From the NCBI RefSeq assembly GCF_022539665.2, contig NC_081333.1, positions 8,680,001-8,744,000 of the forward strand: a stretch of 64,000 bases of DNA, written 5' to 3'. The DNA comes from Daphnia carinata (Eukaryota). The position numbers and the translations under genes were made by a program. The notes below the pieces were generated by a model. It ran no database searches. It saw only the letters and a list, made by a program, of their open reading frames with translations, and was not told the DNA's origin. This document shows, piece by piece, positions 13,361 through 22,818 of the stretch (position 1 is its first letter; each line of letters starts with the position of its first letter).

Positions 13361-13398
13361 TACTTAATTCGGATTCCCCAGACGGTATTTGATATTAA

Positions 13399-13756
13399 AA
13401 AAATTGAAGTGCATATCTGGGCTCCCTTCTTTTCTGAAGCCCCGTTTCCCCTTGACTCGTAATAAGCCCGTAGGGGGTCATGCCCCTACTGTACGGTATA
13501 TATAAAAACAACATATACCGAGGTTTGGAGGGCTCTGGCCGGAAAGGGGACGTGGATGTCCGCTTAGTCCGATGATGTGTTCACGGAGGGCTCTGTGGCT
13601 GCCCACAAATCCGAACTAAAGGTTAATCGCTCCTGTAAAAATGTTCCAAATCTTCAGCTCTTCTTCCGGCTTCTCTTAGCCAATCACCGGGTAATCTCCC
13701 CGGTGGGTCAACAAGGCAGTGTCTCCCCCTGCCTGGGTTGACGGCAACTTTTGAAA
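13399..13756. repeat. 357-bp structured repeat unit, copy A2 (direct to A1)
   Basis: Same sequence as 11362-11718 with a few substitutions that it shares with A3. Confidence 0.95.
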
Positions 13757-13998
13757 GGGCTATTGTGCCTTTTTAAAGTTGCAAAAATAATTGTAATGTG
13801 CAGAGAATTGTCAATAAATTTTTTTTTATAAAATTTTTTTGCAAATTTTGTTTCTTTCACTGTCTGTGTTCACACATTACATTTATCATCTTTTTTTTAT
13901 TTAGCTTTCTCAATTCTCCTTTATTGTTTATGCCACGTTTAATGGCAAGCATTGTTTCCTGTAAGCATAGTTTATCTGTATGCATTCAATTATTATCT

Positions 13999-14405
13999 AG
14001 GGATCGAACCCTAGATGTTCGGCATTCCGCGCCGATGCTTTACCAATGAGCCATGAATCATATGATGTCAAGTTGGCTTTTTTCTAGTCACTTGCGGACT
14101 TGCATTTACACTTTGAATAAAACTGAAATGCAATACTGCAATATTATTTTCTCCATTTAGATGTAGATTTTTATACATCTAGTAAGGTTTGAACCCAGGG
14201 TAGCAGTTATCGCAGCTGAATGCTCTACCACAGAGCCATGGACATTATAAAAACAATACAAAGATAAACATATAGTTGTGAAAGACTGCATAAACATCCT
14301 AGACGATAACATATGATATGCGATAATAAAAAATTTAGATATATCTCGTGGCTCAATGTTAGAGCATCGGCGTTGCACGCTGAATGTCTGAGGATCGATT
14401 CCCAT
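13999..14405. pseudogene. Three tRNA-like relics (13999-14056 minus, 14184-14241 minus, 14346-14405 plus)
   Basis: Each has A-box-like TGGCTCnnTGGTAGAGCA and B-box-like GGTTCGATCCC. The plus copy has anticodon arm tcggc-gtTGCac-gctga (Ala-like). No intact acceptor stems. Confidence 0.6.
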
Positions 14406-14722
14406 GCTAGTAAAACAATATACAAATACAAAATTACTTCAGAAAATATCGAGATATATCACGTTGTTCGTTGTCTAAGTTCATGAATTCAAAAAGTGTA
14501 ATAAATAATAATTGAATACTTCCAGATAAACGATACAATGGTGGCAAAAACAATAAAATTGAATTGCGTGAGCTGAATAAAAAAAAAAGTTGATAAATGT
14601 AATGTGTGAACACAGACAATGAAGGAAACAAATTTTGAAAAAATATTTTATAAAAAAAAATTTATTGACAATTCTCTGCACATTACAATTATTTTTGCAA
14701 CTTTAAAAAGGCACAATAGCCC

Positions 14723-15080
14723 TTTCAAAAGTTGCCGTCAACCCAGGCAGGGGGAGACACTGCCTTGTTGACCCACCGGGGAGATTACCCGGTGATTGGC
14801 TAAGAGAAGCCGGAAGAAGAGCTGAAGATTTGGAACATTTTTACAGGAGCGATTAACCTTTAGTTCGGATTTGTGGGCAGCCACAGAGCCCTCCGTGAAC
14901 ACATCATCGGACTAAGCGGCACCCCACGTCCCCTTTCCGGCCAGAGCCCTCCAAACCTCGGTATATGTTGTTTTTATATATACCGTACAGTAGGGGCATG
15001 ACCCCCTACGGGCTTATTACGAGTCAAGGGGAAACGGGGCTTCAGAAAAGAAGGGAGCCCAGATATGCACTTCAATTTTT
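14723..15080. repeat. 357-bp structured repeat unit, copy A3 (inverted)
   Basis: tttcaaaagttgccgtca...gatatgcacttcaattttt is the reverse complement of A2. Confidence 0.95.
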
Positions 15081-17029
15081 TTAATATCAAATACCGTCTG
15101 GGAAATCCGAATTAAGTATAGAAATGTCATGTCATCCATCCAATCAATACAATTTATTCAGTGTCTTGCCCCAACCAAGAATTTTTTCAGATCCAATGTT
15201 ACTATTAACCTATATTGAGAAAAGAAAAACAACACCGTTAAACATATCAACTGTTGATCATGTAACTTACATGACTCATAGATTCAACTTCTGGTGGAAG
15301 CTTGGGGAAGGACATACAAATTGCAGATTAACATCATTGTATAAGGCTCTTGAATGATAAACTAGCACCTGTACAATGTTGCATTGTTGATAGTTGTGTT
15401 CCCAGTACATGAAAATCCTTTCCTATTGGATAAAATTTTTTTGGTAGATTAGACCTGGTTGGCAAAAAGGAGGAGAAATTCTTCGTCATAAATTCAAAAT
15501 TATTTGAAGAAAAATCCTTTCATACCTAAAGAGTCCATGTATGATGTTCATCTCTGCAATGGCAGCAAAATTAAAACATCTTTAGGGCCATTTAAGTACC
15601 CAGTTTCCCCAACACTCTGAACGTAAAGGACAAGTTGTTCTTTAGACAGAGAAGCAGAATTATCTGAGGTTTCTAGCTGTGACAGAACTATAAAGGATTG
15701 CTGTTGTACTGGATTTATTAACACAAGATGGTACTTCTCATTAGACAATGTGCATACTCTATTACTTTACCTCATACCTTAATGGTAATGCACTCTGTGT
15801 TTTTTCATCTGTAGGCTGACTCTTCCATCCTGTAACACTTCCAGACTTGATTTGATCCCCCATTAAATTCTGTGAATGCAAAATAATAGCATTAAAAATA
15901 CTTTTTCAATAGACATAAAACCGAAAAGTACCTAATCCATGTTTCATATTGAACTTGTGCCATATCTTGGTTTCCGTACCGCACCCATTTTCAGCCCAAA
16001 TACGGTCCCACAATTGTTCACTTCCTTCACTGCATGGGCTTATTACTAACGATTCTTTTTGTGCAGCACTAACAGAATTTAAATTTAACACACTGTCAGG
16101 TGGTAGACTGAATAACTAAACAATAAATAATTGTTTGTTAAAATTCTATACTTATTTTGAATTCTTATTTGAAAAGTTTAGGTACCTGACTGTGTTCGCC
16201 TAATGCCAATTGATCCTCATGTTCAGTTAGGTTTGAGTTTGGAAAAACCTCCTTCACCGTTTGGAAACTGTTCCGTTCCAATTTGTTCTTTTCCCCTAGC
16301 TGAGCTTGTAGACTCAAAAATTTGAGCTACAAAACACGAATGAATAAAAGCAAATAAATAGAATCATTACGTATTAGGCCTACCATCCTTAGCTTCGTTG
16401 TTATCTAATATTTTGTGTTGTTCCAATAACTGGGCCTGCAGCTTCATAATTTGATCTAATAAACAATAATTAATAATTGAAAACCAATATAATAATGTTT
16501 ATACTTACCATTTTTTTGTTTTATTATCTTATCCATTTTTCAATTGTTCCTCCAGCCACGCGTTGTTCTCCAGCCACGCTACTCAATTAACTGCTAATGG
16601 GATACAATTAACTGAAATTGCTTACATGCCTGTAATAACGAAACCGACTGATAGATGGCTACGGGTAGAAAAAAGAGAAAAAAGTGCGATTTTTTTTTTT
16701 TTTTTTCCGCCATTTTTTTTTTTTTTTAATGTAAAACGGATTGCCATATTTATAACTTTACCTTCTAATGTTTTTTTTTTCAATACGTGCTCTGTGATAT
16801 TGGTATTCGTTGCAACTGGAATATGCCACTTTTCGGCGTAACTACAATAGCGTAAATCAGAAGCATTGCTCAACGCTGTCGTTACTCCAGGGAAGCCAAC
16901 ATAGCAACACGATTCAAAGAGACGCATTTATAGTTATTGCAATTATATAGCTGTTCTAATAAATATAATTCAGCTATCGCAATGATATTTTAAAAAATGA
17001 TACGAAAATAATGAAACACCTTCAACATT

Positions 17030-18999
17030 TTACGATTCAAATAGCAATAACAAAAAATCAACTATCATTTGGCGAAAGGGACGTCGGGAATGCCCCTGTT
17101 CTGGTGTTGGGGTAACTGGGAGTTGATCGTGATCAAAGCGCTTTGATCTCATACGACCGAACAATCGTCGTACCGAGCCACTCCTAACCAACGACCTTCT
17201 CATCCATTCTGGCTTCCTAATACGTGTTCTTCCAGTTGATTTGACAGCATCTGAGCTTGATCCAAAAAGGTTGTCTATTGAACTATTACCTAGCTGACGG
17301 GTGCTCGTTTTCAGATGCGGTGAAAGCTGACAAGGGACCATGGGGTTGGCCTCTTCTTCTTCTTGTGCAAAGGGATCTTCGTCGCTGACGTGCCTTTTCG
17401 AACTGGAAGCTAAAGCAGCACTGCTCGTGAAACCTGGCGGAGTTTCGGTAGGGTGTTCATCATCGATCAGCAGATCCTTTTGCAATACTTGAGTTTCTGA
17501 GTCGATAAATTCTATAGCTTCTTCAAACTCATTCGGAACAAACGGCAACGGGAAATTTGCAGGATTAGTCACGGGCAATTTCTCCTCTAGATCAGCTCCT
17601 GTTTCGTCTTCTTCATCGGTGGGTTCCAGAGCTTCATTAATGGTATCAATTTGTAAACTAATTAAGTCAGCTTTTTTTACTGACTCTGTTTCGCTTGCGT
17701 CCAACAAATCTGAAGTTATACAGATTTCGCCTTGCTGGACAGAGGAAAATTTTTCGAGTTGAATGGGCGTCTCTAATCGATCAACCATTTCAGGACTGTT
17801 TTCTTGATCACCGGGCGTGGAGAATTCCCTTTCTTTTTCAACATCCCGCTGATTAATCTTAGCTTCTTGTATTTGAATGTTCATCTCTAAAACGCTTTCT
17901 TCTATTCTTTCGATGTCTTCGTTAATATCCGCTTCGGTCACTGATAAGCTGGTTCTCTCAATATCAAAATCGTCCATTACAGCGACTGACACAATATTTT
18001 CTGTTTCACTTGGTTGAACGTTTTCCCCACTGATTTCTACGCCGTTCTTCTGGTCTTCCTTATCGGCCATCACCTTTAGCTCAATGTTATACTCTAGGGC
18101 TTCCTTTTTGGCATCACTTTCCAATACACGAAGATCCGTCGAGCTCTCGGATTCTGGAATTGGAATCGCTTCCTCCGATTCTTCCGGGTTAACCGTTTCA
18201 CGATTTTCTTCACTCAATCTTCTCACGGCAAAGAGCGCGGTAGGCATACTTTCTTCTACAGGGTCATTATCAGTTGTCTCCCCTAGTTTGATGTTCATTC
18301 CTAAAATTTTTTCATTATCTGCCTCGGTTTGGGCGTAAATAAAGCCATATGCGGCAGAGTCTTCATTTGATGTTTCGATTTCAGTTGCATTATCAAGATC
18401 TCTAGTGCCGTTGAATTGCATCTTTTGTTCTCGAGTACGTTCGTGAATTTGCAGAGAATCTTCTTGAAGTTTTTCATGGTCATCAGTTTCCTCAAGCGTA
18501 TAGTATGCAAGTGCTATGTTGGGCTCACTTTCTATTTCAGTTTCAATAGGTATCCGACTGTCCTCAGCCCCGAGGGCAACACTCGTCCCAATTTCAACTT
18601 CTTTCAGTGACCGTGACCGGTTTTCGGCAACCTCGTCAGAAACATCGCTTGTAGTTTCTTCTTTGTCTGATTCATTTACAGAGATAGGATCTTCAAAAAC
18701 ATTAACGGGAATCAGAACGCCCGCTTTGTCTTCGATCCCCCTATAGAACAAAGCAGGATAAGGATGAAATATCAATCGCGTAAATAATGACTGTAACATG
18801 AAGTGTATAAGTATAAAGAAGAAAAAAACATTTCAAGGCTACTCTCACAAGGCACAAACTTTAAAATCTATCAGTGCGCAGGACCGAATCGAATTAATTA
18901 CAAAAAACCCTTTAAAGACCACTGTTAAACTGGAATATTTTCAAAACTTAATTAAAAAATTACCAAGTACCTTTGTTCTAGTCCGACAGCAGAATCCAT
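17030..18999 (-). CDS. ~579-aa acidic protein, tandem paralogue of the 1855-4992 gene, apparently lacking the RTP-like segments
   Basis: 29-nt first coding exon 18999-18971 (MDSAVGLEQR) spliced to 18740-17030. Shares the KPEWMRRxLVRxGSVxRLFGRM..SKRF motif and 5' non-coding similarity with the first gene. 3' end uncertain. Confidence 0.72.
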
Positions 19000-19719
19000 T
19001 TTTTTTCTCTCGCAGGGAACGCGAACATACGTCGGATGTATAGGTCAATCCAAGGACGGACTCTTTTTCTTTCCCTCTTCCTAGAACTGGTACGCGAAAC
19101 GTCCGGTCAGACTAACTTTTACCTGAACTGTCAAATCGAGAAAAGCATTCCACAGTCTCCAATGGAAATTCACAATCAATGAGAAAGTAAGTTAAATCAG
19201 CCTCAAAGTATTATAGACCTTCGTTTAACTTCATCCAGCACGTATGGTTGTTCAAACAACTGTGAAATGAAATAAACCTCCGCTCACAGGAAGGTTGAAT
19301 CACACCAGAAATACCTCAAATTGTGCCGCAGGCTGTGATCGGCAACATGCAGTGCTCCGCTCTTACTGACTTCAACTAGAGTTTCACCACCGACCAGGCA
19401 TATTATAAACACATTCACTCGAATGACATTTTCGATTCCAATATTCGATTCCTATATAAAATGTCTCCTAAAACAGCAATATATTTAGTGCTAATTGACC
19501 ACATTATAACTGCATTTTCCTTTATTTTTCCTTAACTTTTTCCAAAAAGTTCAAAACGTAAACTTCTTTCAACAAAACGTCATCGGTCTGGCAATTACAT
19601 TTCTTCATCACAGATGTCGTTTGTTTACATTTTTGTATATTGAAAATAAATTGCAATTTCTTGAGAATTTTTTTAAGCTAAAGGCTCAGAAGCTAATTGA
19701 AATATCCTCTACTGCAAAC

Positions 19720-22111
19720 ATGGAAGAAACTGATGGAATTATAATTGAGACTCTTCGCAAAATTGGATGGTGAGTAAATAATTCTAACCAATTATGAATG
19801 GTTTTTAATTTTACTTACCTATTTCTGAAGTGATATTGAAGATGACATCTCATCACTCGCACATTTTACAACAGAAATTGTGATTGAGGGTGTTGTTAAG
19901 TGCCTTTTATCCATCCAGCCAGATTTACAACTCAACTCTAAAATGCCACCAAATCTCCCAGCTCGTTATAAACTATGCATGGAAATAGCAAAGGCTTGCA
20001 AGGTGTTTGAAATAAAATGTTCAAACATTGGATGTCATTTTAGTTGGAGTTTCCCAATTTCAGGATGTTGCAGGTTACAAAGGAGATCTTGGATATGAAA
20101 CATTTTTACATGGTAGCCAGGCTGAAATTAGAAATGTGTTTGCCATTCTCATACAAAAACTACCTAAAGTGAATGAACAACCAATATCAGACTCTGTTGT
20201 GGGTAAACCTCAATTTCCAAAATAAAAAAATTATTTGGTTTAACTAATTGAATTGATTCAGATCCCTTTGCATATACCATGGGGAAAATACAGAATGATA
20301 TTCTAAGACAACTTCATCAACCATGGTTGCCTTACTTTTGTAACCCTTCAAGTGATAATAGTTTTCCTTTCCTCTCAACTGATCTACCAAAAGGTTTTAT
20401 GTTTTTTTACTATACTATAAATGTTTTTTAAATTAAATGTGAATATTATCTTAAAATTTGTACCAGTTGTCAACACAAGTGGCAGACACCATTTGCTAAA
20501 GCTGTCATCAGTACCCACCATTCACTTAATACCATCTTTAATAGAAACACACATTTCAGAGTTGGCAGCCGACAAATACCAATATAAGGTTTCCCTTGTT
20601 TCTCCATTTTTAGTTGGCTTTCAAACACTTTTTTTATTTCATCTCTTTTAGTTCCCACTTGAGAAAGGCAGAAATTTCAAAAGGGAACCGGAATTTCTTC
20701 CGCCTGCACAGAGCTCAAGGTTTTCTCTGGTTCGCTTACTGAATTTTACGGTTGGTTTTTTTTTTTTTTTTTTTTACTAGAAGCAGCTGCAAAATATTTT
20801 AAAGACAAATGTATATGTGCCCCCATTCTTATAGGATATCGATAAGAAAAAGAAAAAACCTCAACCACCTCCAAAACCTTTACATTTGGGTGGAGCACCA
20901 AAAACCGAGGACCATCCTACTATAGAAGAGCAATGCCAACAACTAAATATCGTCATCGAGAACCACGAACGCGACCTACAGTTACGACAAGAAGAGCTCG
21001 CCAATGCAACGGAAGAAGTTGCCAACCTAAAATGCATTATCCAGTGTAAAGAGGCCGAGCAAGATGCTCTACGAAGAGAGTTAGATAGACAGGAAAAGCT
21101 ACACGCTCTTCTTCCAGATGCACCGGTGCACTTGGATCGTATGAAATCTCTTCTGGAATCAAACAAAGAAAAAATTGCGGCACTCGAAGAACAGTGGTCA
21201 CGAATTAAAAAACCTTTGGAAGTTGAGTACCAGAGATGCCTTCAGGTTCAAGAAAACGTATTCCTCTTTTTCATCTACGATTTTGGTTCTCTAATTTGGG
21301 TAGCAATTCCCCTTCTCAAAATTTTTTTTTTCTCTCCCTAGAGCGTAGCAGAGAAGTTGAAAGCTGCGCTGGAGAAAACAGTGCTGTCTTTAAGGCAAGT
21401 CGTCAAGGAAATTCGTACGAAAGAAGACGCTATAGAGAAGCTACAAACCCATATCGAATCTATGCCTTCGTCGGTCTTGACAAGGTAACCGAAAATATTT
21501 GAAATCAAGTGACACAAAAGCTCTTTCTACGTTTTTTTTTCTTTCAATAGAACATTCTACACCCAGAGAATACTGAGTATCGTGGCAAATGTCAAAAAGC
21601 AAAATGAGGAAATGCATCGGGTGCTCGAGGATGTGAAAAGTGTACAGCGTGAAATTAATTCGATACAAGGAAAAGTTGAGCGCACTTTCACTGTAACGGA
21701 TGAAATAATATTTCGGGTAAGCGAGTCGTTAACTGTCATTTTTAAAAACGTTCCTGAGACTATCTTTATTATGTACTCTTCCTCTTTGTTAGATGGCCAA
21801 GTCGGATGAGGCGGCGAGACGGATATACAAGTTTTTAATTTCCCTGCAGACAGATTGCTCTGATATCCAAAGACTAGTAAAAGAATCTGGCAACTTGTCA
21901 CGGGAGATCAAAGATTTGGAAGAGCAAGTATGTTCATCTATTTGGATGTTTGCCATACTCATTAAAGTAAATTTTGCAATATAATTAGGCCGAAACCGAG
22001 TTACGACGTAACATCGTTCCCAAACTTAGACAACTACAAATAGATCTCGAACAGATACGACAGGAGAACCGAATTTTGGAAGAAAGAGTTAATAATGGTG
22101 GGAAACTCTGA
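19720..22111 (+). CDS. CCDC22: Coiled-coil domain-containing protein 22 (CCC/Commander complex), multi-exon
   Basis: MEETDGIIIETLRKIG..GYKGDLGYETFL..IRNVFAILIQKLP and C-terminal YTQRILSIVANVKKQNEEM..VERTFTVTDEIIF..AKSDEAARRIYK match CCDC22. Confidence 0.92.
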
Positions 22112-22818
22112 GTGGAACAGTTAATCATTCCAGTTTTAAGGCTACCGTGTCTATCGAAGTCGCTCTCACCCTTCTCGCTATACAACGTTATTGAAGTTCA
22201 AAGGAGGCCATGTGAACAACAAAAAAATTTTGCTGTCAACAAAGCTCTCCATTTCTTGTTTGATTTGTCAGATATCAAACAAGAATTGGATGTTGAAGCT
22301 CTGGAGGATAACTTTTCTTTTTTGCCTTTGTCTTGTATTGGAACACTGGAAGCATTAGGCAAAATAAAAGCAAAGATATTGAACTAAAATTGGTCTAAGC
22401 CTGTCATGGGGGTTTAATGTAAAAGACGCAAAGCTCTACGGTATTATCAACGCGCAATGTAATGAAAATGTTTGGACGTTTGAAAGATTATTAGGTTATT
22501 CATCCTGCTGTATCGTGGACATAGCCGCAGTTGAACTAATGCTGTTGGTCATGCTGTTAAACGTACCTAGTACGTCGCCAATTCAACGAACGATTTACAT
22601 TATCACGGACTTAATTTCTGCTTTTGTTCTACCAATGTCCCTTTGATTAGGCACCTTTTCTATTTTTGGCAGTTTAGACTTTTTAGAAATTCTAACGACA
22701 ATAATTCGCAAAACTGGTTTTTGCTACGTAAAATTTTACGATGAAAACTTAACCTTAGAGAACAACTAACAAAAACCATGCAAAACTGATAAATCAAAAT
22801 AAACTTAGCTTGTTTGCA

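Larger units (their letters stand above)
11733..16748. repeat. ~5-kb inverted repeat (palindrome); arms ~11733-14056 and ~14346-16748
   Basis: tatggcaatccgttttaca (11733) pairs with tgtaaaacggattgccata (16730-16748). Identical 77-aa ORFs sit at 13122-13355(-) and 15124-15357(+). Mirror ORFs at 12386(+)/15906(-) and 13798(+)/14481(-). Confidence 0.97.

Noticed and set aside
13999..14405. Functional tRNA genes
   Set aside because: Acceptor stems are absent and the loops are degenerate.
14815..14850. Hammerhead-like CTGAAGA (and CCGATGA on the other strand) in the 357-bp unit
   Set aside because: No properly placed GAAA with stems II and III could be built by eye, so no ribozyme is called.
14723..15080. 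357-bp unit as telomerase RNA, RNase P/MRP, 7SK or 5S rRNA
   Set aside because: No CCTAACC-type template, no conserved P4 motifs (the GGGGCT segment differs in copy A1), and no recognisable 5S or 7SK signature.
13122..15357. Two identical 77-aa ORFs (MSCHPSNQ...)
   Set aside because: Their identity comes from the palindrome; they run antisense to the spliced gene relic and have no recognisable motif.
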